Below the pieces are notes generated by a model. The model had not been told where the DNA came from. It saw only the letters and a program-made list of their open reading frames with translations, and ran no database searches. Of a stretch of 64,000 bases of DNA, positions 50,001-64,000 are shown piece by piece (positions within the stretch are counted from its first letter, which is position 1; every line of letters starts with the position of its first letter). The stretch spans positions 1,240,001 to 1,304,000 of the forward strand of contig NIVC01000059.1 in the NCBI GenBank assembly GCA_002269645.1, given 5' to 3'. The DNA is from Macrostomum lignano. Taxonomy: Eukaryota. Position numbers and translations under genes: made by a program.

Positions 50001-53000
50001 GACTCACTGAGCCTCTTAGTGACTCACTGAGCCTATGAGTGACTCACTAAGCTTTCTCAGTCAGGTCTGAGTGAATCCCATGAGTCTGAGTGACGGAGTC
50101 TCAGTGGCTGGTGTTAGAATCTCTGAGCGATTGGTGTTACAGTCCCTGAGTGACTGGTGTCAGAGTCCCTAAGTGACTGGTGTCAGAGTCCCTGAGTGAC
50201 TGATGTTAGTCCCTAAGTGACTGGTGTCAGAGTCCCTGAGTGACTGGTGTCAGAGTCCCTGAGTGACTGGTGTTAGAGTCCCTGAGTGACTGGTGTCAGA
50301 GTCCCTGAGTGACTGGTGTCAGAGTCCCTGAGTGACTGGTGTTAGAGTCCCTGAGTGACTGGTGTCAGAGTCCCTGAGTGACTGGTGTCAGAGTCCCTGA
50401 GTGACTGGTGTCAGAGTCCCTGAGTGACTGGTGTTACAGTCCCTGAGTGACTGGTGTCAGAGTCCCTGAGTGACTGGTGTTAGAGTCCCTGAGTGACTGG
50501 TGTTACAGTCCCTGAGTGACTGGTGTTAGAGTCCCTGAGTGACTGGTGTTACAGTCCCTGAGTGACTGGTGTTAGAGTCCCTGAGTGACTGGTGTTAGAG
50601 TCCCTGAGTGACTGGTGTTACAGTCCCTGAGTGACTGGTGTTAGAGTCCCTGAGTGACTGGTGTTACAGTCCCTGAGTGACTGGTGTTACAGTCCCTGAG
50701 TGACTGGTGTTACAGTCCCTGAGTGACTGGTGTTACAGTCCCTGAGTGACTGGTGTTACAGTCCCTGAGTGACTGGTGTTACAGTCCCTGAGTGACTGGT
50801 GTTACAGTCCCTGAGTGACTGGTGTTAGAGTCCCTGAGTGACTGGTGTTACAGAGCAATCAAGCACAGCCAGAAGCTCCTCACCCGAGATCTGGAATCCG
50901 CCGGGAACAATAACGACAAGTCGTGCCTGTACAGTTGCGGGTGCCGGCCAGACAGAGACACCAGCACGCCTCTATAGACAAACAACCACAGGCAGCGCTG
51001 ACGAACCAGCAGCACCATAGCCGGAGCAGCTTGCAGACGCTGATTCAAGCTTAAACTATAAATACCTTCGTTAGCGCCAATCAGCAGTACAGATTCGTTA
51101 CGAGGCGACGTCCATTTTGCTACAGCGTTGATTTTTAATGGACAATCATCGAATATTTTGCTGAGACCGCTGCCCAGTCTCAGGGGCCGGTGAGGCGGCT
51201 GAGCAGCAATCGGATCCGAGCACTGATGCTGATGTAGCGACTGATTGACAGCCATAATTTGCGTCGGTAGCTCCTGACTAGGCTCAGATTTTGGCCGGGG
51301 TAGCAGCGGAGTTGACGGATGCTGCTGGGTTGGCGTTGATGGCGGCGTTGGCGGAGCCGGCTCGACCGCTGCGACCGGGTTCTGGAAGGCCGCACAATGA
51401 AGGAAACCGCGTATTGTTTTGAAGTACAGTAAGTTCTATTAATCAAGTGTGATTGATTGATTGTCTTACAGAGTTAGTCAAAGTCGATGTGTCGCCGTTG
51501 CAACTTGCCAGAATGGTTGGTTGAGTGTCTCTACAAATGCGAAATGCGACGTACCAGACTATACTTGACTGTAGTCAATGGTGATATAATAAGCTCAATA
51601 GTATCCAAAGTGATACTTTAGTAGTCAGAGGTTGTGCTTAACAAATGTCCGAGATGATACTCAAAGACTGTCCGAGATGACACTCAGACTGTCCGATATG
51701 ATACTCAGACTGTCCGATATGATATTCAAAGAGTGTCCGATATGATAATCAGACTGTCCGATATGATAATCAGACTGTCCGATATGATAATCAGACTGTC
51801 CGATATGATAATCAGACTGTCCGAAATGATACTAAGACTGTCCGATATGATACTCAGACTGTCCGAGATGATACTCAGACTGTCCGAGATGATACTAAGA
51901 CTGTCCGAGATGATACTCAAAGACTGTCCGAGATGACACTCAGACTGTCCGATATGATACTAAGACTGTCCGAGATGATACTCAGACTGTCCGATATGAT
52001 AATCAGACTGTCCGATATGATAATCAGACTGTCCGATATGATAATCAGACTGTCCGATATGATACTAAGACTGTCCGATATGATACTCAGACTGTCCGAT
52101 ATGATACTCAGACTGTCCGATATGATACTCAGACTGTCCGAGATGATACTAAGACTGTCCGAGATGATGCTCAAAGACTGTCCGAGATGACACTCAGACT
52201 GTCCGATATGATACTAAGACTGTCCGAGATGATACTCAAAGACTGTCCGAGATGACACTCAGACTGTCCGATATGATACTAAGACTGTCCGAGATGATAC
52301 TCAGACTGTCCGATATGATAATCAGACTGTCCGATATGATACTAAGACTGTCCGATATGATACTCAGACTGTCCGAGATGATACTCAGATTGTCCGATAT
52401 GATACTAAGACTGTCCAATATGATACTCAGACTGTCCGATATGATACTCAGACTGTCCGAGATGATACTAAGACTGTCCGATATGATACTCAGACTGTCC
52501 GAGATGATACTCAGATTGTCCGATATGATACTAAGACTGTCCAATATGATACTCAGACTGTCCGATATGATACTCAGACTGTCCGAGATGATACTAAGAC
52601 TGTCCGAGATGATGCTCAAAGATTTCAGATGCTATCTAAAGACTGTCCGATATGATACTTGAAGACTGTCCGAGAATATATTTAGACTTCCAAATGTACA
52701 TGTTACTCAGAAATTATAAAATGATACTCAAAGGCTATCCGAACCAATATAATACTTAAAAGTCAAGAGAATGCGTTTTCTAAAATAAAATAATGTATAG
52801 AAATGTCTCAACAGCCAGCCAACTCACCCGCAAAACCAGGCTCGTTTGTCGTTGAATTTTCGCTGTCTCAGCCTCTGGACAAGCAGTGCGCTGTTGGATG
52901 GAAGAGGCGATGACTCACTGAATACTCACTTTTTATATCTGCCCTTTAATACTCATCTCGTCTATTTAATCTCCAACTTCTTATCTCCCCTATCATCTCA

Positions 53001-53953
53001 TCTAGCCTCACTTCTTATCTCCCCTATCATCTCATCTAGCCTCACTTCTTATCTCCCCTATCATCTCATCTAGCCTCACTTCTTATCTCCCCTATCATCT
53101 CATCTAGCCTCACTTCTTATCTCCCCTATCATCTCATCTAGCCTCACTTCTTATCTCCCTATCATCTCATCTAACATTACTTCTCATCTTATCTCAACTC
53201 ACTTCTCATCTTATCTCCCCTCACTTCTCCTATCCTCACGCTCCTTTGTCTTCAATATAAATTTTCCTTTACACAATCAGCTTACCTCCTTCCTGATCTG
53301 TGCCAGCTAAGCGTATGTAATATTGCAGTCATAATAAGAAACGTCAAATGATAATACTCTAGCCCGACCTGTCCAATTAAATAATTATAATCCCAAGGGA
53401 CAGGTGTTGTGAGACAAAATTACTCCCATGTCAGAGGAAGACTAGGCTCTCAGCGTAATTAGATGCTAGCACACAAGAACCACATGTTTAGACATATCCA
53501 GTCAGATATACAAGCTCTCAAATCTTAGGAGAGCGTAACAAACACGACGAAACTAATTGGGCATCCGGATGAGGAACGGGTGCAGACGTTGAAAACACAG
53601 GCTTGACACAAATCGACACGAGCATATTGTATATTTACCTCGCTGAGTAGTAGATCTGCATTAGGGCTGGCTGCTAATTAACTATGGCAGGGTGGGACAG
53701 ACAGAAGGGGCCTACTGCGTCCTTATGGGATAGCTGAGGGATAGCTGAGTCAGTCAGTCAGTCAGTCAGTCAGTCAGTCTGTGTGTCTGTCTGTCTGTCT
53801 GTCTGTGTGTCTGTCTGCCTGTCTGTCTGTGTGTCTGTCCGCCTGTCTGTCTGTCTGTCTGTGTGTCTGTGTGTCCGTCTGTCTGTGAGTCTGTGAGTCT
53901 GTGTGTCTGTGTGTCCGTCTGCCTGTCTGTCTGTGTGTGTGTCTGTCTGTCTT

Positions 53954-54046
<93 letters not shown>

Positions 54047-54047
54047 G

Positions 54048-54092
<45 letters not shown>

Positions 54093-57000
54093 TAGTGCCT
54101 GTCTGTCTTTATCTGTCCTAATGTCTAAGTAACACGACATGATATTTCCACCTGTCAATCGGGATTTAATAACAAAGCAAATTCACTCACTTGCTGTCCA
54201 TCAGATCCTCAGCGCTTGCGGACCGCTTTGGCGGTCCAGTCAAGGTACCCGAAGCCTCCGTTGGCGAGGATGCGGCGCTGCGGGAAAACAAATCAATTAC
54301 GCAATAACATTATTATCTATAAAAATGACAATAATGTAAAATAATGTGTAGCTACGAAATGAGAATGTCACACCCTCACACAGCGTGTACACCGGCCATT
54401 GAACACTCTGCGCCTTGGGGGCTGGCCCTCATAGACCTGCCAAGACATTCCAACAGCAACTCACCAAGCCTTGCAGTCGTCTTCAATGCCAACGCCGTTA
54501 CCATCGGCGACCATCGCTGCGCCGACGCCACCGCCGCCACCGTTGGCAGGCCAGCCGACTCGAATTGAATCCTCAGTCGGTGTCATCACCTCTTCAACTG
54601 CGCGAGGCGCCGCTCCGCCGCCGACAGCCCCGGCGCTAGCAGACGAAGTATCAACATCTTCAACAGGCGGCGAATTCCGACCAAGCAGTTCCGCGTAGAC
54701 ACCGGCGCCGCCGCGTCCGCCAACGAAGCCCTGATAGCGGCGGCAATCTTCGCGGAACTGCACTAGCAGAGCTCTGGTGAGGTGCTCGCCAAGATCCTGA
54801 CTGGCTAAGAACTGATGACCCAGCAGCTCCTGAGCGGTTGGCCGGCTTTTCGGACTCAAACGAAGCGCAGTCTTTAAGAACTCGTGAAAATTGGCGCTCC
54901 AGCTGGATTTCTCTTTCAGCTTAGGCGGCCGATAGCGGCTGCTGGCCAGCAGCTGCAGCGCCTTCATCGGATGCAGGCTGAACATCGGCGGCTCCAGTTC
55001 GGCCAGCTCGATAGCAGTAATGCCCGCCGCCCAGGTGTCGCAGCGTTCGTCATAGCCGCCTTTCCGGCGCACGTCGGCAACCTGGGATTCGGTGAAAGTA
55101 AAAATGTCAATGACAGTCAAATTGTCACTGACAGTCAAATTGTCACTGACAGTCGAATTGTCACTGACAGTCAAATTGTCACTGACGGTCAAATTGTCAC
55201 TGACGGTCAAATTGTCACTGACGGTCAAATTGTCACTGACGGTCAAAGGGTCAAATTGTCACTGACAGTCAAATTGTCACTGATAGTCACATTGTCACTG
55301 ACAGTCAAATTGTCACTGACAGTCAAATTGTCACTGATAGTCAAATTGTCACTGACAGTCAAATTGTCACTGATAGTCAAATTGTCACTGACAGTCAAAT
55401 TGTCACTGACAGTCAAATTGTCACTGATAGTCACATTGTCACTGACAGTCAAATTGTCACTGACAGTCAAATTGTCACTGACAGTCAAATTGTCACTGAT
55501 AGTCAAATTGTCACTGACAGTCAAATTGTCACTGACAGTCAAATTGTCACTGACAGTCAAATTGTCACTGATAGTCACATTGTCACTGACGGTCAAATTG
55601 TCACTGACAGTCAAATTGTCACTGACGGTCAAATTGTCACTGACAGTAAAAATTATATGCTTGAGAAACTCGGTGACTGTGTTAACAATGAATCAGAGCC
55701 AGGTAGATAATTCAGGGGATTAAGAATCTATGTCTATTTATACTGCCAACTGATAAAATGCAAGTAATTAGGATTAATTAAAAGCATTGTAGATAAAATA
55801 TCAAATAACAAAACAAATTAAATTCAATATTAGCGTATTTTGACTGACTAAAGACTATTTTAAATTAATCAGATCAGGCACTAAAAGTTCATTTCTAAAC
55901 CAGCCAATTAGCGATTTAAATTCTACTCAAATTGCAAGCAAATCATTGTAGATTGTAAAAACCTTTCTTGTGAACAGGAGTCAGGGTGTTAATTTTTTTA
56001 TAGAATCATTTCTAATTTGAACGGTAATTTGCCTATCGTCTACTTGAGGTACGAAGAGTTGCATTTTAGTAGAATGTTATTAAATAAAATATTTTTATAT
56101 CTCTATGAATTATTCTTTTCTCCCTTCGCATCAGAGAACCACCTTCGATCCGTCCCCGACCTTGAAAATCACTCTATATCCGACCCATCTTTGAGAATCA
56201 CCCCAGATCCGCCCTCACCCTTGAGAATCACTCTATATCCGCCTCCACCCTTGAGAATCATCCCAGATCTGCCCCCACATTTAAGAATCACTCTATATCC
56301 GCCTCCACCCTTGAGAATCATCCCAGATCTGCCCCCACCTTTGAGAATCACTCTATATCCGCCTCCACCCTTGAGAATCACTCCATATCCGCCCCCACCA
56401 TTGATCACTCCATATCCGCCTCCACCCTTGAGAATCACCCCAGATTCGCCCCCACCCTTGAGAATCACTCCATATCCGCCCATCCTTGAGAATCATCCCA
56501 GATCCGCCCCACCCTTGAGAATCACCCCAGATCCTCCACTACACTAGAGAATCACTCCATATCCCCCATCTTTGAGAACGACCCCAGATCCGCTCCCACT
56601 CAAAGCACAAACAGAAAAGCAGCTGAAGTCCTCACCTCGGGCGCCATCCAGTAAGGCGTGCCAATAAACGACATTCTCTTGCCAATGGTTTCACTAATTT
56701 GAGCCGATATACCAAAGTCGGCCAATTTAACGCAGCCAGACTTGGTTAGTAGAATATTGGCACCCTTCACGTCCCGATGAATCTGCTGTTTAGTGTGCAT
56801 ATGAGCCAGGCCGCGCAATGTCTCGCGCATAACAAAGGCGATTGTAGCCTCTTCGAATGGTCGGCGAGTTGTAGCATAGATGTCTTGCAGTGATTTGCCG
56901 CCGCAGTATTCCATGGCTATCCATAGACTCGCGTGGCTACAGGCACGACTGTCACTGTTCAGCAATAAAAGGTGGTAATGTAGTAATGGTCAATGGCCCT

Positions 57001-60000
57001 TAAAAGGGCCGTTTTTCATTTTAATAGCGAGAAGATCGAAAGATGCAACAATTGCCTTTAAAAAGGCCGTTTTTATCAATTCCAAATACAAAGAAGATCA
57101 GATGATGAAGCAATAGCCCTTAAAAGAGCCGTTTTATCTGTTCCTAATACTAATAATATCAGATGATGAAGCAATAGCCCTTAAAAGGGCTGTTTTATCT
57201 GTTCCTAATACTAATAATTTCAGATGACGAAGCAATAGCCCTTAATAGGCCGTTTTATACTTTTAGACTACCCATTCAAAAATCAAAAGTGAGTCGGTCA
57301 CATTTTTGGTGACAGTCGAAATTGTGACACTACCTGCTATGCTTGTGACCGTCAAGTGTGACAGTGATGTGACCGTCAACAATGGGACCTTCAAATATCA
57401 CCAAGCTAGGGTCACATTGACGGTCACGAGAGACCGTTTATTTGACAGTCTTACTAGTGAGTTTATTTGACTGTCACAATGAAGGGTCACAATGGTCACA
57501 TGTGATACATTCGTTTAAATGTCACAAAACGCAATTGAGGATTGGGGGCGCTTCTAGAATGACTCTGGGGCCGTAGAGTTGCATTTGAGGCAAAAATTCA
57601 CGTAGATCAAATGCACAAATGTAGGCATGCGCTTGACCCATTTTTAGCATTGGTACATACAATCATATAAATTTTATACAAGCTATACTCACGTTAGAAA
57701 GGCGCCAAAGAACTCCACAATATTAGGATGATGGCAGTCCTTCAGCACATAGAGCTCAGTAAGGATGGCTTTTAAATCGTCTGCTGGATCAATTCTGACA
57801 GACTTCATCGCTGCATAGGTTCCCGATGCCTTCTGTTTTGCCTAAAAATTGATTTAAAAAATAGTATCAATTGTAATATAATAAATTAAAACCTTTCATT
57901 TTTACTACAACAGCATCGAATATTTTTCAATGCATTTATTTCTAACATTTTTTTACATTTCTACTTTTAGTAGAGTATCTAATAGGAGTTTATTATTCTT
58001 CTTAATTTCAATATTCTGTCATTCTTACTGTAAGTACAGTAGCTAGAAAAATTTAGGCATAATAATTTATTTATTGATTGCACAGTTATAAACTATTATT
58101 AATATACTATTTTATGGCAGTTTAACCTGTAGTAGCTAATACTGTAAGGGTAACATATAGTCTATGATTCCATTTAGAAATATTAAATAATGTTTCTTCT
58201 CTTCTCTCCATTGTAAAAAATTGCAATCTTAATTATCATAAAATCTCTATAAGTCATAACAAACCTACTATCTAATAATACCCATACTTTCAAAGATGCT
58301 TTCTTGCAAAAAAACTCTTGTATACAAGGATCAAGTAGTCATATGTGCATAACATGTAGCAAGGAGCCTACCAAGATTTTTTTAAATATACAATATGCAC
58401 TGCTATTAGTGCAACTATATCACATTGAAAGGGCCTGTCAACTTCAGCTTATAAAGTGGAGCCCAAGTAACCTATATATGCAAATGATATGTTATTCTGC
58501 TCATAATCACACTAGGAAGCTAGGTTTGGTAAAAGTGACAAAAATTGGACTTGGGATAATTTTAAGCAGATAATTTGGTTGATTTTTCTGCTTTTTTGGC
58601 AATACTATTTATAGCAGAAAATCAATACGCATAAAGATTTGTAAAAAAACCCAGAAAGCTAAAAATTTATGCTAAAAATGAACTTTTTTTCTGTGTGAGT
58701 CTTTAAAATGCATGCCAGATGTGTATGCACACTTTTTTAGGAGTAATATATGCCAATTGTGCATACCTACTTCTGGCATACATGACCAATGCACACCCAA
58801 ATTTTTGGGTATATACTACATTATCTGGAGTATGGTATTAATACTAGAAAAACAGAATATAGTCAAGTAACTAAATTACTAATGATATATAGTAAGGACA
58901 AAACAAATCAAACTTGTCAATACTAGAGTTGACAAATAAGATATTGACAAATTTGGTGGGAACCTCTTATAAAGTTATAATAATATAATATTAGGTCTAC
59001 ACTTTTTAGATAATTTTATATAGGCTTAGCCTACTATCAAGTCAAGAAGATTTCTAGTATATGCCAGAGTTTTTAAGCAAATTCTTAGATATATGCCAAA
59101 TATGCCAAAAATTTTAAATGTCACTTTGTTATATATATTCTAAAATTTCAAAATTATGCAACTTTACTTTTGCACTGCAATAAAATCTGAAAAAATTCTT
59201 TTTTCAGTGCAACATTAATGTCAATGACCTTTTTGCATTGCTACATTTGATATTTATAATTTATATATACATTATATCAAATAAATATTGTCTCTTTTCT
59301 TTATGACAACTTGTAATCACACAAAGTTTAGAAACTTAAGTTCTTTAAAATAGCACTATTATCATATGAAAATAATTTTTTCATTAAAATTATTTAATAA
59401 GGCCTAATAGTATCACCACATTCCCCTGCAATTTATTTATTTATTTTTTTATTTGCACTCCTGTCACCACATAAAAAAGAGTCTAAAGTCTTTACTTTAT
59501 GGCTTCTTTTTTTTCAAAATATTCTACCTATTATTATAAAAACTAAAAAATACTTGAACCAATTTTAAATAGCTTTATATACCCATAGTCAGGAAGGTGG
59601 CACAGTGTGCGCCAGAATATTTTTTTGGGACGATTTGTGCCCCATCTATGTGCCGTCTATGTGTTGTGGCCTGCGTCACAATGACCCTCTCCTCTACCTT
59701 TTTTGGTGCATGCGAACTGCCCAGTCTGCTGCCCTAGCCGGTTCTATCTGGTTTGAGCTGGTTCAGCCCAGTTTTGGTTTTGGGGAGCCGGCGTGTGCCC
59801 GGATTGGCTGGCTGGGCCGGCAGACCCTCTCTTTTCTACCCCCCCTTGTGGAGCCTTACCCAGCTTGTGTTTTGATTGGCTGGGCTGGGGTTGGGTGCTA
59901 GCAGGGTTCTGTTTTGTGTGTACTTGTGCTCAGGCCAGTTTGGCCCACTCTCCCATTTTTGGCATACTATTTATTAGCTGGCTTGGAGCCGGCTGGTGGC

Positions 60001-61639
60001 ACGCTGCTTGGTTTTTGTGGTTAGGGCTATACTAGCGACTGAGTAGGAAAACTATTATAAAAGTACAAAACTGCACGAGCCCAGTGAACTCTCAAACAGC
60101 GCACCACCAGCAAATCCATGCCACCTGCCGTCTCTGAGCTACCAGAACAGTTATTAAAATGGCTAAATAACTGCGCCACACCGTATGAGTCAGTTTGACC
60201 CCGCCTGGTGAGCTTAAATTATGTTTGTTCGGGTTGCGTTCGCATTTTTTGGGACTCTGCACATGACTTCTCTCTATTCTCGCTGCCTCATTGCTTCACC
60301 TACTCACTACCTTGCTCACCTGCACTCTTCGATTGGCTTGGAATGTCTGTATGCCCCAGCTAATCCATCACCTCGTATCTCTTGATTGGTCTGGAGTGTC
60401 TGTATGCCTTGGCCAAACTTTCACATTCACCTTGCTTCCTCATTCACCTTGGTGACTCCCGGGCCGGCTCTGAGTGGCTATCCACTCCACTGACTGCGGC
60501 AGTACCCCAAGCCTTCCGTGACCAAGGAGTGCCTGTGCGCCCCAGGTCGCATCTCTCCCTCTTCCCCTCGGAGTGGCCATCTACCTCGAGGAGCGCCAGT
60601 CATTCGTCTTCTGTCCATCCCTTTGCCGCGCACCTGGGGCAGTCCCGCACTGAACCTGCTACCCTGGGGAAACAAAACGACTGGGCTAGACGAGATTACA
60701 GCCCACGAATATAACACCATATAACACCAATATGCGCCATTTGTGCGCTGTCTATGCGCCATCTATGTGCCACTTTTCATGAGTAGAATTTTCTAATTAA
60801 GAAAGGCCTTCGTACAAAAAGTCTTTTTAAAATTTTATGCATATTTTCATTTTAAACAAACTTAAATTATACCTACAAATAGAGTAATGCAAAATTGACA
60901 TTCTTAGCAATAATTTATACTAATTTTATTTACTGTTAATTTTAAAGAACCAAAAAGTTTATCACTGACTTTCTAGACTATAAAAATCTCCTTTGTTTTA
61001 CATAAAATTGTTAATTTGCATTATAATTTTCATGCATGTCAAGGACCTTATGTGCCGCAATTATGCGCAACATGCGCTATGGACCTCAGTGTGCACCATG
61101 ATTGTGCGCCGCATGCGCCAGGGACCTCAGTATGCGCCATGATTGTGCACCAAGTACACCAAGGACCCCTTGTATGCACCAGAATTTTCCATGGCAATGG
61201 CCACCTTCCTGACTATGGTTATATACTACTTTTATATACCAAATACAACTTTTAAGGATTCAAACATGCCAAAAAATGTGAAAAGCTAATGCATGCTAAA
61301 AATTCTAGTATATAGGATGCCTTTCTGATTATGGTCTGAGGCTTAGCTAATGTTATAATAATAATATGCTATTCTATTTTTTACTCAATAAAACTATATG
61401 AATAAGTCAAAACAAATATTAAATAAAGAAATAACAAAAACAATAATTTTTATAGGCCTTATATACTATAGGCTCTTAATTACCTTATAAACATGTCCAT
61501 ATGTGCCACTCCCAATTTCTTTGATACTATCATAGACATCCCAAGGATCTGTTCCTTTGATGACTGATAGCAACTGTGGATGTCTTTGAAAAATCAGTTC
61601 ACGAGGATAGATTTTGTGATTATGGTTGCTAACTGGCAT
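47017..61639 (-). CDS. MAP4K3/5 (hppy): STE20/GCK-I family kinase, MAP4K3/MAP4K5/happyhour-like, with C-terminal CNH domain, ~887 aa
   Basis: Exons (minus) 61639-61484, 57841-57693, 56936-56636, 55081-54465, 54277-54191, 51530-51470, 51381-50884, 48647-48255, 47418-47017 (2664 nt, phases consistent). Motifs [52 protein letters not shown] and AELEPPMF; CNH segments [11 protein letters not shown] and KIPRTKGC. Confidence 0.92.
47460..48210. repeat. Intronic minisatellites (22/24-bp cccattagatacctgcctgata; 27-bp ccccattagttacctagatctgcaata)
   Basis: Inside the last MAP4K intron. Confidence 0.9.
48700..50850. repeat. Intronic minisatellites (22-bp gagactcagggtggtcactcaa at 48700-49470; 20/23-bp gagtgactggtgttacagtccct at 49860-50850)
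   Basis: Two related arrays in opposite orientation within one MAP4K intron. Confidence 0.9.
51640..52680. repeat. Intronic minisatellite, 21-bp unit (gactgtccgatatgatactca)
   Basis: Tandem array. Confidence 0.95.
52960..53220. repeat. Intronic minisatellite, 34-bp pyrimidine-rich unit
   Basis: tatctcccctatcatctcatctagcctcacttct, ~6 copies. Confidence 0.9.
55110..55650. repeat. Intronic minisatellite, 18-bp unit (gacagtcaaattgtcact)
   Basis: Tandem array beginning ~30 bp from an acceptor site. Confidence 0.95.
56140..56600. repeat. Intronic minisatellite, 30-bp unit (ccttgagaatcactctatatccgcctccac)
   Basis: Tandem array beginning ~35 bp from a donor site. Confidence 0.92.
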
Positions 61640-62884
61640 TTTGATTGGTCATATTATTTTTTTATTCAGTTGTATAGAAACTATCCAAATGAGAAAAATA
61701 CAACTACAATTGAATTGGTTTTTGTAATCAGAACCAAATTCTGACAAAATATAAAGGCACAAATCACAATTATATATGCCCCATCTTCAATGAGCCCTTA
61801 GCGGCCTTAGCTAGTTAAACATTTTTTCAAGCTTTGGAATTTAGACGAAAGCAAACGCACAGCGAGAACTATTAAATTTGGTTACGCAAGGCCAATTAGA
61901 ATATCTGGTGTTTGCTTAGAGTGCTTAATGATAATAGGCCTGCAGCTATTTCCCAAATTAAACGTTTTAATCCAATTGAAAACGATTATTAAAAAGCAAC
62001 AATATAAAACTTTTGAAAAGCGTCTAGTGGTGTATAACGGTGCAATTAAAATATCAAATATAGTTCATAATTCCTGCAGTCCACAGCTTTTGTATCAGTT
62101 CAGCAATTGCTGTAGTTTAATTTGTCAAATATAGAATCTTTATTATAAGAAAACTATAGTATTTAAAATTGCTACAGAATGGTGAGTATTAAAACTAATT
62201 TATTTGTAAGTTGTGTAGTAAATCGTATTTTTTGTCATTCATTTTTTTATAATTGATTACTTTAAACTAAATAAATATTATGATTACTCTTATTAGGGTA
62301 GTAGCCTAATTACTACGCATCATGTGACCTACTTAAAGGGTTATCGTGCGATTCACACCCCATGATTCATGGGCCATGAAAGCCAATCCTCGAGGAACAG
62401 AAAGAGGCCACTGTCCATCCTGTGTGAGTGTATGTTTGTGAGTGCCTGCTGCCTACAGTACATTTTGGCGCACGCGTTGTGTGCTCAATTGGGTTCGATC
62501 AGCAAACGGATGGGACGTAATTGTTGAGGCATTTCCGCAGGTTGTGTAGAGGTGCTGCTGAAAGAGTTGCACCAGGCTAGCTAGGGTGCCAAAAACCTTC
62601 AGTAACTAAGAACTTCGTCTGTTGGAGTAATTAGAAAAGCTAGAATAGCTTTACGAGTTCTGGATCAAGAAGTTTAATAAATTTAAGATACATACATGTT
62701 ATATGTTTGAACAAGCATGATGTAAATTGCATCACATCGCATATGTCGTAGACATTGTAGCTACTGTATTGTAGACGCCTGCATGTACTGTGCTAAGATT
62801 AAAGTCTAATAACAATTAGAAAACAATTCACCCACGGTTATAGTTCTATACATATTTTCAGCAACCCGTCTGTAGTGAACTGAA

Positions 62885-63931
62885 GGGGTCGCTTTCATAA
62901 GACCGAATAATTTCACAACGCCGAAAAGCACTACCCTTCACAAGACCGAAACCTCATAAGACCGAAATTTCACAACGCGGAAAACTACTGCACGAGCCTT
63001 CACAAGACCGAAACTTCATTAGACCGAAATTTCACAACGCGGAAAACTACTGCACGTCGATCCTTCACAAGACCGAAACTTCATAAGACCGAAATTTCAC
63101 AACGCGGAAAACTACTGCACGAGCCTTCACAAGACCGAAACTTCACAAGACCGAAATTTCACAACGCGGAAAACTACTGCACGAGCCTTCACAAGACCGA
63201 AACTTCATTAGACCGAAATTTCACAACGCGGAAAACTACTGCACGTCGATCCTTCACAAGACCGAAACTTCATAAGACCGAAATTTCACAACGCGGAAAA
63301 CTACTGCACGAGCCTTCACAAGACCGAAACTTCATAAGACCGAAATTTCATAAGACCGAAAACTCAAAATGGAAAATGAACAATACATTTCACTACTCAC
63401 TGTTCACAAAAATTTGAGTGCTTCGTTCGTGCTTGCTTCTGACGTAACAAATTTTATAATGACCAAGAACATTCACATGCTGTATGAAATTTACACTCGA
63501 TGGCGAGAGCAGAATGACAAAGTAATTTCCTCCATAACTTTAATTTTTATAACTTATTTTTCGGACTTTGATGCTTCAGAAGCATATGACTTATATGATA
63601 TGGAATTTTAACAGCTCCATTTCCTACCCTCTGGTTGTTTGCTTTTTTATCCACGAAGGCATTTAATGTACTTATAGGCCAATGTAGCGTAAGGCATACC
63701 AACGAAAGGATCAACGAAATGGATCTATATCCTCCTAAGTGTTAACTAGCCAATTATAGAAAGGGAGGTCTGTACAGAGGTCTGTACAGACAGTCTGTAC
63801 GTCTGTCTGTCTGTTCCAAGCGTATACTCCTGCACATGTTGTGAAATTTCGGTCTTATGAAGTTTCGGTCTTGTGAAGGATCGTGCAGTATAGTTTTCGG
63901 CGTTGTGAAATTTCGGTCTTATGAAACCCCC
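62885..63931. mobile_element. Non-autonomous TIR DNA element with subterminal ~62-bp repeats
   Basis: Left end tttcataagaccgaa...tttcacaacgccgaaaa (62893 on) matches the reverse complement of 63835-63926. The left arm has ~6-7 tandem units and the right arm ~1.5; both ends are G-rich. Confidence 0.7.
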
Positions 63932-64000
63932 CTCCCCCCAACTGAATTGCGAAATTGAAATGCTAGATATGTTCATGTACGCATGTGTACGTATATTGTT

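Noticed and set aside
62179-62600. ATG|GTGAGT start exon on the plus strand, divergent from MAP4K
   Set aside because: The next plausible exon (from ~62298) hits a stop after 22 codons and no consistent downstream chain or recognisable protein was found.

Overview
Animal genomic window with AT-rich spacers, GC-rich exons and introns swollen by minisatellites. The architecture is flatworm-like (Macrostomum-type), which is my inference and not proven here. I assembled four multi-exon genes by hand from GT-AG sites with consistent phases: (1) WBP4/FBP21-like, + strand, 9891-15256, with a U1-type zinc finger and one WW domain; (2, 3) two Mx-like dynamin-family GTPases in a tail-to-tail inverted duplication (copy A, +, 17370-22069, ~661 aa; copy B, -, 26800-31348, ~704 aa); (4) a MAP4K3/5 (happyhour)-type kinase with a CNH domain, - strand, 47017-61639, ~887 aa. 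There is also an orphan ORF for a small single-pass membrane protein, a decayed APE/RT LINE, a mariner relic, a tRNA-derived SINE, a probable Ty3/Gypsy LTR with PPT, several TIR/foldback elements and about 25 tandem arrays. The most interesting system is the Mx pair. The two copies are almost identical in the core but have unrelated first exons, and only copy B carries a 48-codon exon with a basic NLS-like motif (RRQRKKKSR), recalling the vertebrate MxA/MxB split. Their otherwise unrelated upstream regions share a ~20-bp STAT(GAS)/kB-like element near a TATA box, and both carry a TCPD variant of the G4 TKxD motif. No CRISPR, rRNA or intact tRNA is supported. All exon models are manual and need RNA-seq confirmation.
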